A stretch of 64,000 bases of DNA from contig OX597816.1 in the NCBI GenBank assembly GCA_951406725.2, positions 77,004,001 to 77,068,000 of the forward strand, given 5' to 3'. The stretch is from Octopus vulgaris (Eukaryota). How positions within the stretch are numbered: the stretch's first letter is position 1; every line of letters starts with the position of its first letter. The position numbers and the translations under genes were made by a program. The notes beneath the pieces are model-generated. The model saw nothing but the letters and a program-made list of their open reading frames with translations, searched no databases and was not told where the DNA came from. Positions 13,568 to 26,459 of the stretch are shown piece by piece.

Positions 13568-14141
13568 CTTTTAATTCAGTCCATTTCTCTCCATAATACC
13601 AGCTAGGCTAAGAGTATTTATTTATTCATTTATCATTTTCATTTTTTTTTTCCTTTTATCTTTATAAAATTTTTCGATCGGCAAAAGATACATCCAAAAC
13701 ATTGTTATAGCAACTGAGAGGTGACAAATGCTTTAAAATGTCAGCATGTGCTTAAGTAAAAGAATAATATGACCTGCAAATGTATTTTAGCAAAGCTGCC
13801 AAAAGAGATGTCGTTGGTCTCTGGTATGTGTTAAAATGTTGCTTGTTGGCTTTCATTGTTATGTAAAAATTACTAATGGTCTCTGTAGTAGTGTGAAATG
13901 ATTGCGAATGACACTTAGAGGCATTTATTTTCCTTCTCCGTTCAACAGAAAATGCATTAAAGATATTCAATTTTGCGTTTTCAGTACCTGCTGCCATTGG
14001 TGCATTTCTTACAAACGTTCACATACATACATAGATACATACATACATACATACATACATACACTTATATGTGTCAGTATGTGTACATAAATATATATGT
14101 GTGTGTATGTGTGTGCATTTCGCTCTCTCTCTCTCTCTCTC

Positions 14142-14198
<57 letters not shown>

Positions 14199-14499
14199 AT
14201 ATACACGTATGCATATTTACATGTATATGTGGGGGGATCAATACAAAAACCTATATACTTAAATATATGTATATGTATGTGCTTATGTATGTATTTGCAT
14301 ACAAACAAATATTCATAGTATGTGTGTATGAGTGTCCGTGTCCGTGTGTGTGTCCGTGTCCGTGTCCACGTGTGTGTGTGTGCACGCGCGTGTGTGTGGG
14401 GGTGTACGCATATGTATGTAAACTATAGTTTTGTGTCGTAAATGAACGACAACAAACATTAACTGATGAAAGGATTCTGCACTCCATATAATCTAAGAT

Positions 14500-15420
14500 C
14501 AATGAGAATCATCTTTCGTAAGAACTTTAAAATTCTCTCTTCACCTTTTCCCAATGTTTTCATTGTTTTCTTCGGGTTTTCACAGCAAGGTCCTTAGATA
14601 TAAATTCACAGATTTTTCTTTCTTCTGTTTTTTGTAATCATGTTTTATATTTTTAGTTTGATATCTCCTACGTTGGCAATGTATGTCTTTATGACCAGAA
14701 TAGCTCGGTTGAAAAAATGTATCTATGAACAAAATGTCAGTTCTTTTCTCATTGATCATTTTCAGAATAGTATGTCATCAGTCCTGAGTAGTGTTTTTTT
14801 TTCTTTTATTTTAGAAACAAAAGAAGGATTTCAAAGCTACTACAACATTAAGAATTGGTAGCAGTGAGAAAAATCTTACCAAATTAATGCGCCATTTTAT
14901 TTCACACCGGCTAAGTTACAAACGTATATATAAAAATTATTAAACATTTCATATGTGCATTGGTGTCAATTAGTAATAGATCACCAGCTGTTTAGAGATG
15001 ACTGTACACTGTATGTGCATAACACCGAATGCCAACAAAGTCACAAGTTTTGTTATTATATATGGTTTTGGTCTTGCTTCTTAATTTCACACTAACAACA
15101 TTTGTTGCGGTTGTCTGCGCAAAATCTACAATTTTATTTATCCATGTTTTGCATACATGATTAGGAATAAAGAGAGGTATCAAGTAATATAAGATATCAT
15201 TTTAACAACTTCTCACTTCCAAGAATCCTGTAGATCTTTATGAAACTCAGATTTAGCCAATGGTGTAAGTACATTCAAAGTTACAGCTTCACATTTTTTT
15301 TCATGCTTGCTGAAACTACTTCGACTCAAAAAATGTTGTGACCAACGGATATTTTGAAGCACGTGTTGAAAAAGCTGACGGCTTCTTTAACAGCATCGGG
15401 AAGCTTATTTTCGGTTATGT
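14500..15420 (-). mobile_element. Highly degenerate hAT-like transposase remnant
   Basis: Minus-strand peptides KCEAVTLNVLTPLAKSEFHKDL and FVGIRCYAHTV (CxxH motif). Boundaries are approximate. Confidence 0.4.
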
Positions 15421-15435
15421 CTAACTTAGTCTTTT

Positions 15436-15705
15436 CTTTTCTTGTTTTACTTGTTTTAGTCAGTTGACTGCGGTCATGCTAGAGCACCGCCTTAAAGGGT
15501 GTTAGTCGAAGAAATCGACCCCAGGACTTATTCTTTGTAAACCTAGTACTTATTCTATCAGTGTCTTTTGCCGAACCGTTAAGTTACCAGTATTGATTGT
15601 CAAACGATGCCGCGGTGGGGGAGAAGAACACGTGTGGCTGTATGGTAAGAAGCTTGATTCTCAACCACGTGTTCCGGGTTCAGTCCCACTGCGTGATACC
15701 TTGGG
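15436..15705. mobile_element. SINE family B pieces (minus-strand tail, then plus-strand head)
   Basis: Reverse complement of the family B tail at 15436-15620; head gtggctgtatggtaagaagcttg..ccttgggca at 15634-15706. Confidence 0.75.
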
Positions 15706-15706
15706 C

Positions 15707-16695
15707 ATTTTATTGCCAACTTAGTAATAGGAACCTATAAAGATGCATCATTACTCACGTCAGTGCACATGTCACGCACTGATTTTGAATCATCGATCTC
15801 TCCTAGGCCAGTGTATTCAGTCTGCATTTCATTCTGCGTTGCGTGCTGGTAGTGCAGTTCTTGAAATTTTCCAGCATTAATATGCACATTATTGTCATCA
15901 ACATGTCTAGGGTTCTGTATCTTCTGAGAGTCTTTTGTATCGTCTGCATTGCTAGCACGGGTGGCTATCTGAGCAGCTGAGGATGTGTCTGAGAGGGCCG
16001 TTTTGAATAGCAGTGGCCCTAACACAGTGCCCTGTGGAACACCACTCACTATTTGTGTTTCCTTAGAGGTTACTCTATTGACAACAACTGCCTGATTTCT
16101 ATCTTTTACGAAGTTGTGTAGCCACTCTCCAAAGTTTTCAGCTATGCCGAGATCAAGTAGTTTGTGACATACCATACCGAAGTCAACTGTATCAAAAGCT
16201 TTTACAAAGTCGAGATATGTCCCGTTGAGTTGTAGAGTAGCTGCTTCAACACCAAGTCATAGTGCTATATGAAGCAGCTTCTACCTAGCTGAAATTCGTG
16301 CTGGTTGTCAGTCAGCAAGTCATTCTCTTCAAGGAACACAATCAGTTTTCTTCGGACTATGAATTCTATTATTACTGATTCCTTAGTTACAGGTGTAGTG
16401 GCAAAGTACTCCGCTGATTTATTCACTTGCCTGTCTTTCAACAAAGTATTGAAAACACTCTTCAACTGTACCTTAAGTATTTTACTTATCCTCATTGGGA
16501 TGCCTGTGAAGGAGCCGTCATTTTGGAAGAGGGATCCGATTTAGTAGTGTATTGAGTTGATTTTTTTTTTTTGTTTATTGTTTTCTGACAAAGTTCAAGA
16601 AGGCCTTATAATATGAATATATTTATTATAACCCAGGCTTCTTTGTCTGCTCTCTCTTTTTTTCATGAGATTGTTGCAGACTTTGTATACATTCA
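15707..16695 (-). mobile_element. CR1/L2-group LINE reverse transcriptase remnant
   Basis: NQHEFQLGRSC, LDF.KAFD.VD, SGVPQGTVLGPLLF and ADDT motifs, with frameshifts. Confidence 0.85.
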
Positions 16696-16887
16696 TATAA
16701 AGGCGCAATATAATACCATAAAGGGAAAAATTTATCGTCTAGTCTCGTCATCCTAGAGATGCACATGGGGCGGTTATCACCTCTGTCGACGTATATATAT
16801 TGCACTGCTTCTTACAGCAAGAATTTTTAACTCTTATTTCTTGAAATATAGGTGCTTCGGCACCCTCAGTCAAAATGAGTGGTGATG

Positions 16888-16934
<47 letters not shown>

Positions 16935-16982
16935 TGTGTGTGTGTGTGTGTGTCTGTGTGTACATATTCATTGTTCCATATA

Positions 16983-17014
<32 letters not shown>

Positions 17015-17879
17015 CGTACACAACCGTCCATATATGGATGAGTGGATATGTACGTATTTGTTTGTGTGTATGTGTTTGTGTATCTGTGTATAGCATGCAT
17101 TGTGTAAGCAAGGACTGTTTTTATTATTTTATTTCTATTATCATTAAAACTCACCGCCTACGTACCGTTGACAATGTTATATTGCCTATTTGTCCGAACT
17201 TGCTTGTGGCACCTATTTTGTTGATAGTCGAATAATTTATTGCGGAAAATGTCACTCATAAACTCTTGACCGTTAAATGAATTTATCAGATAAGCGATGA
17301 GATAAAATTAACCACTTCCATGTCAACTTCTGAAATGTACATTTATTATTACTCCCATCAGTAAAAACGTTAATTGAATAGCTGTAATACAAACTATTTC
17401 CTCCGCGAATTGGAATGCTTTATTTATTATTTTTTCCCAAAACACCACCTGAATTCAATATATATCTGTCTACAAACTTGTTTGTCCACAGATTGACTTT
17501 ACCAGCAAATATTCAATACCCCTGATGAAATGATGTTGTTATGTAATAATATAATATTATGTAATATTATGCACTAATGATTAAATAGTCATGCTCTGGA
17601 AAAGTAGAAAATTCGTAGTGTTTGATGTTACATATATGGATGTACAGGAGGCTCAATATTATTATACAATTATACCCATTGAACTGCCGTCTATACTGTC
17701 CTGTTGATTAATAAACACCGGGAAATCAACTCAAAATGTCGCTTTGTTAACAACCGATTTGAACTCTCTCAAGAAGAACTTAAATTAAGTTCAATGAAAA
17801 AGTCATATACACATACATACATACATACATACATACATACATACATACATACATACATACATACATACATAATTCTCAG

Positions 17880-18445
17880 AGAATGTAGGTTTGGAGTTTG
17901 GTCAAGATAAATGTTGTTATATGGTTGTGAAAAGGGGGAAAAGACTTGTAACGTCTCCATCAATAATAATTACAGGTTCATACCTGTAATTATTAGGGAT
18001 ATTGGGATATGTAAGACACTGTCTAAATACCAATCTTGAGAAATTAGGCTTCCCAAAACCAGAAAGGAGAAAGTTAATTCGAAGGCTACAGATCCATCCA
18101 TCACTGGAACTGTAAAAATCTGTAGAACTTTCCAAACGTTTATCATTTAAATATATATGAGCACGTCTAGATATGCAACTATATGCATGAGAATACATAC
18201 ATAAAGCATACAAATCTGCACATACATACATACATACATACATACATACATACATACATACATACATACATACATACATACATACATAATTAAATACATA
18301 CATACATAAATGCATACATACAAAAATACCCTGTTGTTGATGGTGAAATTCCAATGAAGAAGCCTTGGATCTAGGTTAGAAACCTGTTCTTTCTCTATTC
18401 GCAACAAATCTTGAAATAAACTGAATAATGATATACATACATACA
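17880..18445 (+). mobile_element. Internally deleted R4/Dong-like LINE copy with 3' UTR, embedded in (TACA)n
   Basis: 17884-17945 matches the RT segment at 18641-18700 and is joined directly to C-terminal IPVIIGILGY..NLEKLGF, then the UTR. Confidence 0.7.
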
Positions 18446-19640
18446 TGTTGCTATATGGTTGTTAAAGGGGGGTAACTTGTCATTCATGTTAAGGAAGTCT
18501 GAAGGATATCTCACTGGTTCACAAGGAAATAGATTCACCAAAATTACACACTATTTCTTTGTGGATGACTTAAAACTTTATGTAAAGAATATGCATGAGA
18601 TTAAAAAGAGCCTTGACCTAGTTGCAACATTCTCAAAGGATGTAGGATTGTAGTTTGAGCAGGATAAATGTTATATGGTTGTGAAAAGAGAAAAAGCTAT
18701 AAGCTAGACCAATAACATTTCCATTAATGATTTGACTGTTTCCCTTGTATCTGAGGAGGAATGTTACAGGCATCTAGAGTTGGATGAAAATATATCTTAC
18801 AGTGGCACCTGTAACAAAACACGTGTCACTAAAGAATATTGCAATTGAATAAAGAAAATTTGGAACTCAGAACTCTCAGCATTCAATAAAACATTGGCCC
18901 ACAATGTGTTTGCAATGCCAGTACTTATGCCAACATTTAGACTGCTTGATTGGACGCTTGATGAGATCCGAGCCATTGAGGTGAAAACCCGAAAAATACT
19001 AACAAACATACATAATTTCCACATAAACAGTGATGTAGACTGCCTCTACTTAAAACGAAAACAAGGCGGAATTGGCTTAACATCGATCTAAAATGCCTTT
19101 GAATGTCGCATTATATTCCTTCGGCAACATCTTTTAATCACCAAGTGTCGAAGTGCATCTTTTGACCAAGTTTGCATACATGAGGCTGATAACATTATGA
19201 GACTTGGAAGGCAGCTCCATGAGCAACACACTTTGTCTAATAACCTAGAATACATGCCCAAAGAAGTCGCACAACTCTACCGTAACGTATCATCATATGA
19301 ATGGATGAGCCTATATGAGCATGGATATGTTACTAGAAAGCACCGTGATGATGATAGTAACATCGATCATCAAAGAAGTTTATCATGGACCAATAGCCGG
19401 ATTACTATCTCCCACTTTGAAGAGTATGCGTTTGCAATCCAGGAACGGGGAAATTTCAACCAAGTACCTCATGCACAAAAAGGATAAAGATGCAGGTAAA
19501 GCCGTAAAGTGTGACAACCGATGCAGACTTTGTGGAGTTCACATTGAAGATATCACCCACATCATAAGCAATGCCCGAAAATGTCATCACGGTATTATCT
19601 ACTGATCAGATATGACGTTGTAGCTAGGACACTCTATAAT
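18446..19640 (+). mobile_element. R4/Dong-like RLE LINE (RT domains 5-7, thumb, CCHC knuckle), truncated
   Basis: ITHYFFVDDLKLY, LYLKRKQGGIGL, AFAIQE and CRLCGVHIEDITHIIS, with stops and frameshifts. Confidence 0.85.
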
Positions 19641-19896
19641 GTATATATATGTAAATATAATCGTGTGTATGTAGTAGCTACATGTATTTCGACAAATTGT
19701 ATAGAATGAGTGTAAGAGAGTATGTAGGTCACTTTGTTGTATGCTGTTAACGAATGTACCCATGAAATGATAACTGAAAAATCATAAGAGCTGAAACTAA
19801 ATTACTGTCTTTCAATTGACAGTTACGACAAGCAATTTACTTATGCAACGTCATTTCTGACTTATTCTGAACTTTTGTGTAATATTGTCTTCCAAG

Positions 19897-19956
19897 TTTC
19901 TCTCTTTCTCTCTCTCTTTCTCTCTCTCTCTTTCTCTCTCTCTCTCTATATATATA

Positions 19957-20012
<56 letters not shown>

Positions 20013-20013
20013 A

Positions 20014-20047
<34 letters not shown>
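19897..20047. repeat. (TC)n microsatellite
   Basis: Imperfect CT run. Confidence 0.95.
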
Positions 20048-20056
<9 letters not shown>

Positions 20057-20539
20057 AATACTTGTGCGTATGTGTGTGTCTAGACACATATTCTTTGCTA
20101 AATGTCTGAATATAAAGAAAAAATCAGAATATTTTTCTAAATGATTTAATGTAATGATAAAATCTAATTATCTGCAAAATATTTACAAGTAACAAAGTTA
20201 ATTTGCTTATATCATATTTTATGATATATGAACAGTGAAATATTTCAAATTTTGTCTTCAATTTTACATTTAAGATACGGCAAGGTAGATGAATAGTTCA
20301 TAAATTTATGGAATTGTTAACGGTAAAAGGGGTCAAATTATTCCATATTCGGCAATGAACTCATATTCGGGAAGATAAGTTCCATAACAAGACAGCTTAG
20401 TTCGTCTGAACGAAGAATTTTTCTTCCACATTGCGAAATAAATTTTTAAATTGTCAATTATTTTGGGCTTCGTTATATATGTATGCATGCATATACCCGT
20501 TTAGTTTTAAGTATTTGAAGTCTTCCTGTCAAGAAAGAA

Positions 20540-21680
20540 TATGTTTTCAACAGAGATACAAACCTCCGTTGCTCGAATGTAGGTAACAAAAACAATTCAA
20601 GTTTTGCTAAGTTTTACTCTGTCACAGATTGTAATGCGCGAGTTAGCTGATTGATTTCTTTTCTGAAAACCCTAGCTTTTTTTCATTGTCATTCATGCAT
20701 TTTCTCACAAAACCAAATGCACCAATTATTATTCACATGAATGGGAATTTATAACTCGGGTATAGAAACTGGAGGTTTCGAAGCAGTTGTGCATAGTTAT
20801 ATTCTTTCTCTGATTTTCGAAGAAATCTTCACGTGAGTGGTGCAGCTCATCTTTATGATGGTACATCATTTTTCCCAAGCAACTATATCCAGCCTATTAT
20901 GACCGGGTATTGTTGCTGGGAACATTCCTTGTGAATATTCCTTGTGCTGATGTTTATGTAAGTATTAATTAACAGGGCGTTCTCTATATTTATACCAAGA
21001 TAGTCTGAGTAGCTCGCTGTCGACAAATAGGATAATGTTCTCTTCACTTGTCAGCACTACACGTATTCGTTTTTGCTACTGTTGTTTAGCAATTGCTGTC
21101 TGAGAGAGACTATACAACATTCGAAGGTTGTTTGCTCTCATTTCAAGTCTCTACCTCCATTTCTGCTTAGATAGAGACTGTTAATATCACTATTCCTGTG
21201 GAAATTTCCAGTTAATATCAGTATCTTACGAGTTTTAACGTCTATGGAGTGGATTTCCTTTTTCAGACCGGTCAAGTACCCCAAATGTTAGAATCAGCAC
21301 TGTTACTGAAATGCATTGTAAGATATTGTATTGTTGCAAGTATTGTTCCAACAGCCATATTTTTCTAAGTCTGGCATTTTCTCGTGTCACATCAATGCTT
21401 GGGTTATTGTAACATTCTTTGTGTGGGGCAGGAGAGGTAGTAAGAACATTGATGCACAGGTTTTGGGTTCGGAGGACTGGTTTTCCTCTTTCAACAATCA
21501 AGTATGAACATTTCTTTTGACCAAATTCCATTCCTATGTCAGCTGAAAATGTTGTTATTAATTCCAGCTGCTTTTGACATTGTTAACATTTTTAGCATAA
21601 ATTTTTGAGGTCACTCACTTGGAAATTATGTTGCATTAATATCTCTACCAGTTGCAGAACCTAACATGCAGCCATTTGAT
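20540..21680 (-). mobile_element. R4/Dong-like LINE, older diverged copy
   Basis: MEFGQKKCSYLIVERGK, homologous to the region near 18650, plus an N.RPDI-like RLE segment. Confidence 0.7.
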
Positions 21681-22383
21681 TTTTGTAGCGGGAATGATAA
21701 TGGATTTAATGCCAAAACGAATAGAATTACAGAAAGACCATCTACTTGGAATATTGTAGACACTTCAGTAGTCATGAACAGTGAACAGCGAGAAATGAAA
21801 CGATGGCTTGCGCGTTCGTTCTTAATACGTTCCGACCGATCTGAACGTGAATGCGCTAATGATTGTTGTGTTTCATCAAAGAAAATCGATTTCTTTCACT
21901 CGAATATGAGTTTATGACACGTAAGGGATGTGGGGAGCGAACATACGCGAATGAATCGAGTGTGTTATGAAGACACATTCGTCTGAAAGAAGAAATTGTT
22001 CTCCTGTGATATACACAACTGTGATTAGCATGATCAGGTCCAAATATGCCGAAACGTATTAAGACTGAATACGCAAGTCATCGTTATCCTAACAATTTTT
22101 ATTTTGATTTAGTTCAGCGTATTTCCACAGGTATGTAGAAAATTGGCTAAATTTAATTTACCTTCCAACGCAATTTCTAACTCAATCTCGACATCTATTA
22201 GACTCTTCTTCTTTTGGTCTCTTACTACCATTCTCTTCACAGTGTATACTAACACCTTCCTATCCTCTTACTTTTTACTTCCTTATTAGGCAAACTGTTC
22301 AGTCTGTCAGGCCTTCCCAGTGTGTGATTTCTCTACGTACCTTTCTGAGTATCCCTCTTTCTCTCACACACACCCGCTCTATT

Positions 22384-22414
<31 letters not shown>

Positions 22415-23082
22415 TTCACAAACACACACACTCATACACACACTCACATGCACACACGCGCGCGTGCAAACACTTTGTGTATTTGTGTAGATTTCATTCA
22501 TCTATGTCACCTCGTTTTTTGAGTCTTACGCTAACTCATCCCAATTTTTCTCATTCTTTTAATCGTATTCGTTCTTAATTATCATCATGTTACCTTTTTA
22601 TTCTAATTCCATTTTAAAGTATATATATTAATCATGTTTTAATATATTTTATACATACACTTATTTTTTTATCAATTTAAATATCTAATTTCATTAGTTC
22701 CTTTTGTTGCATTATTACCTCTCCTTCCCTTCTTATCCTACGTCAAACATTTTCTGAATTTCCTTTCACGTTCCTTTACTAGTCCTTCGATAAAAAAAAA
22801 TGTTTTCCCTATTTATTATTTAAGGCAATTATTTCCCGTTACGAAACTTTTAGATTCACTTAATAACTTGAATGGAACATTACATTCTCTATTTCATATT
22901 CGATATATGACAAAGACTTGAAATACAACCTTTTATATTTTACCAGTATTTAATTTAATTTGTTTTAATTTGATTATTAAATAGCATATTTAGATCTCTC
23001 AGACCGAAACAATTATTTTCCTAATATTTTTTCTAGATTCCTATAACCCACTAAGCATATTTAATTTCGCACCATTATCTTA

Positions 23083-23513
23083 TCTCTCTATATATAAACG
23101 GCAGTTTGTCTGTGTGTGTTTCTGTGTGTCTGTTAGGTTGTACCCTCACCCTGACCACGGCTTTCAACCGATTCTGATGAAACTTGACACACACATAGCC
23201 CAATGTCATAATTCAAAACTAACGCAGCGAAAATTTTGAAAAGTTCCCCCAGTTCTGAAAAAAATCGATAAATTCGACATGGGGTCGAGAATCAGAAACA
23301 CAAACCACAGACTGTCTAGGGGACGCAACTCGACCTTTTTAACTAAAAAAAATTTACCAAGGGCGGTGCCCCAGCATGGCCTCAGCCGGATGGCTGAAAC
23401 AAGTAAAAGAGTAAAAGAGTATAATTTTTTTCCATTTTTGGGCTATAACTCTCTAAAAATGCTTTATAGTTATTTCCCTTACAAACCCGAGCAACGCCGG
23501 GCGATACTGCTAG
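23083..23513 (+). mobile_element. Non-autonomous Helitron
   Basis: Begins A|TCTCTCTATATATAAA; subterminal hairpin cccgagcaacgccggg; ends CTAG|T; no TSD. Confidence 0.8.
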
Positions 23514-23597
23514 TTTATTTATATAATCATATGTAGGTTCCCTCCTACTAGACACCTTTATCATGCCTTTAGACATAGCAATATATTGTAACCAGAT

Positions 23598-23782
23598 AAA
23601 GTAGCGAGCTAGCAGAATCGTCAGCACGTCGAACAAAATGCTTAGTTCAAATTCCGCTGAGGTCAACTTTGACTCTCATCCTTTCAGGGTCGATAAAATA
23701 GGTACCAGTTGAGCACTGAGGTCGACATAATCGATTTACCCTTTTCTGAAATTGCTGGACTTGTGCCAAAATTTGAAACCAG
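23598..23782 (+). mobile_element. SINE family A
   Basis: gcgagctagcagaatcg..gggtcgataaaataggtaccagttg. Confidence 0.8.
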
Positions 23783-24609
23783 TATATTGTAACTAAATAA
23801 AATTCAGTTTCAAGTTCTTCTAAATTAATTAGTATTTAACCGTTCTCAACCTGCTAACAAAGTTATTACCTCATGACCAATAACTTGTTTACTTTCTTCA
23901 TCTGGTTTCATTCAGAAACGCTCACCTGATTTTAATTTAATGCTGTTTCAATTGCGTACACCGAGTCAGTAAACTTCCGCGATAGCAGTGAATTATTTTA
24001 AACATTGTTTCCAGTATATCGAAGCATGAATCTCGTTTAAGCAGGCAACAGAAAGAGGAAACGCGTCTGTCGTTCTCACACAATTCCGCAGCTGCATACC
24101 TTCTAACGGTATAATTTAGTATGAAACAGCGATTTTAATTTTTATCTTTTCTATTTTTTCTCACTCTCCATTTATGGAATATAACCGTTTTCAATCTTTC
24201 ACCTCACCTGCTCACTTTCTGACATGCGTTTCGTCTCTCTTACCCCCCCCCCACCTTCCTCTACATGCTGCACCAATTATCTCATAATTTCTCCTCTTTG
24301 TTACAATGCTTAAAACGAAACAGATTGTAGCCTGTAAGTATTTATTTTAAATCGGCTAACTATACGTTGTCTGGGTAAGGTCTCTTGTACTCTCCACAAA
24401 GATAATGTTTATGGAGATAAGTTAATTACATCTCTTATATGTAAAGTTATATATACTTCGAACGCTAGAGTGTGGATGTACGTACATTACATTTATCCAA
24501 ATGCAGGGGCCATGTGAATGTAAATAAGCTCGTTTAATGACTTCTCATTCCCTTTCTTTTTCTCTTTTCATCTCCAACCCGTCTCGCTTCCAAATTATCC
24601 ACCTTTCCT

Positions 24610-24667
<58 letters not shown>

Positions 24668-24749
24668 TCTCTCTCTGACCACCTCCTTCCTATAGTACCT
24701 AATTCTTGAATTTTTTTTCCAGTCCTTCTGCAATATTTTCAGATCCTCT

Positions 24750-24968
24750 TAAGGCGGTGTGCTGACAGAATCGTTAACACGGCGGGAAATAATCCTTAGC
24801 GGAATTTAATCTGTCTTCATGTTCTGAGTTTAAATTCTGCCGGGGTCGACTTTGCCTTTCAATTTTTCGGGGTAGATAAAATAAATACCAGTTGAGCACT
24901 GGCGGTCGATTTAGTCCTTACCCCTTCCTCATAAATTGCTGACCTTGTGCTAAAATGTCAAGCCACTA
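24750..24968 (+). mobile_element. SINE family A
   Basis: aaggcggtgtgctgacagaatcg..gtcgactttgcctttc. Confidence 0.8.
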
Positions 24969-26459
24969 TTTTCAGGCCCTCATGGACTTAGAAGAAAGAA
25001 AAACTTTGTATTCTTTCCAAGGAACTCGGTGAGAAATATCGGAAACTGTTCTCTTAACAGCATGCAAACTTTAAAAAATTCTTTACAGTATACCAATAAA
25101 TATGGATTTTGATTAAGGCAGGCTATCGCTAAACTCCCATTGAGTTAATAATCATAAATATAAAGGTATAATAATAAATATAGATTGGTGAATATCATAG
25201 AAAATAGGATTTATGAGTATTGAGTAACAATGTCTTTCTTTTATTATTGTTTCACAAAATCAGTGGAGCAATACTTAGCGGGTTTCCCTTTTGTTCATTT
25301 AAAATCGGCATCGACATTGCTTTTCATTCTTTCTACATCGATGAAGTAAATAATGGTAAAGTTACTGTATTGTATCATTGATTGATCTTTACCTCGAAAG
25401 ACTTAGACTTGTGTGCGTATATTCAAAATTATTACTGTTGTTATTATCAGAGAAATGAATGATAAAACCAGCAGAACGCTGGAGGAAATATCGTAATGTA
25501 TTTATTTCTATTTATCTTCTGAGTTCCGATAAAATATCCATCACTCATATCGAAAGAGTTGAGTTAATAGATTATACACTTTGCCAAGACGAGAGAACTT
25601 ATACAAATGTCAGAAGTTCTAATTATTATTGCTAGCTCATATATACTTTTAACTGAGCGGATTTTGTAAAAAAAATATTATTTTACATCCAACGGATGTC
25701 GTCTCTTCATGCTTCATTATGCTTGTAGCATGTTTAGGAAATTAAGAGAAGCGCGATTTCTATAGTATATCTCCCCTTTTTTAAGAAAAATTATTTCCTA
25801 TGCACCATTTGTCTGAAGAACAAAGAAACATATTTTCGAAGAAATGGTAGTGGGAGTGAAGTTCTGAAGCAAGAATTCTGGAGTAGAATGAAAGATATAT
25901 CGCAAATAAGAGCAATAATACTTTAACCATCAGCAAAAGCAGTGTAAGAGCGCCAAGAATATCACACCACTAACCATAACGACAACAACTTCAGTTCAGC
26001 ATTGAAACCTTTACGCAGTTGCTCAATCAGCTATCTATAACAGGTAAATGCCTTCAAATGACATCTTACCATTAAAACAAAAATGAATGCATTGACTGTT
26101 GTAATTTCAATCCTATATACACGTGTAACGACCAATGAGCAAGAAGTGAATGATACAACAGCTACGTAATTGCTTGGCCTCTTTAAAATAGCAGTCAAAC
26201 CTCATCAGAACCCTAACCTGCAGTATTTTTCTTATGAATGCATTGGATACACTATCTAGAAAAACACATATAGAAAAACCGGTCTGATGATCCTAGGTAA
26301 CAGAAGCGCGACTTGTTATCGAAGCTGCAATATGTTTGGGTTTTTTTTCCAAAATTGGACTTCGATTGGTATTTGGTCGAACTGCTGGGGTTGGAAGGGC
26401 CTCTTTAAAACTTACCTCAAATATTTTCCATAGTAATTGTATTTGAAATTTAGGAGTAT

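Noticed and set aside
18350-18392. Hammerhead- or SECIS-like hairpin atgaaga-agcct..aggtt-agaaacc in the LINE 3' UTR
   Set aside because: The core starts with A rather than C/U, there is no stem I, and the related copy at about 5890-5935 does not keep the core. It is more likely a plain UTR stem-loop.
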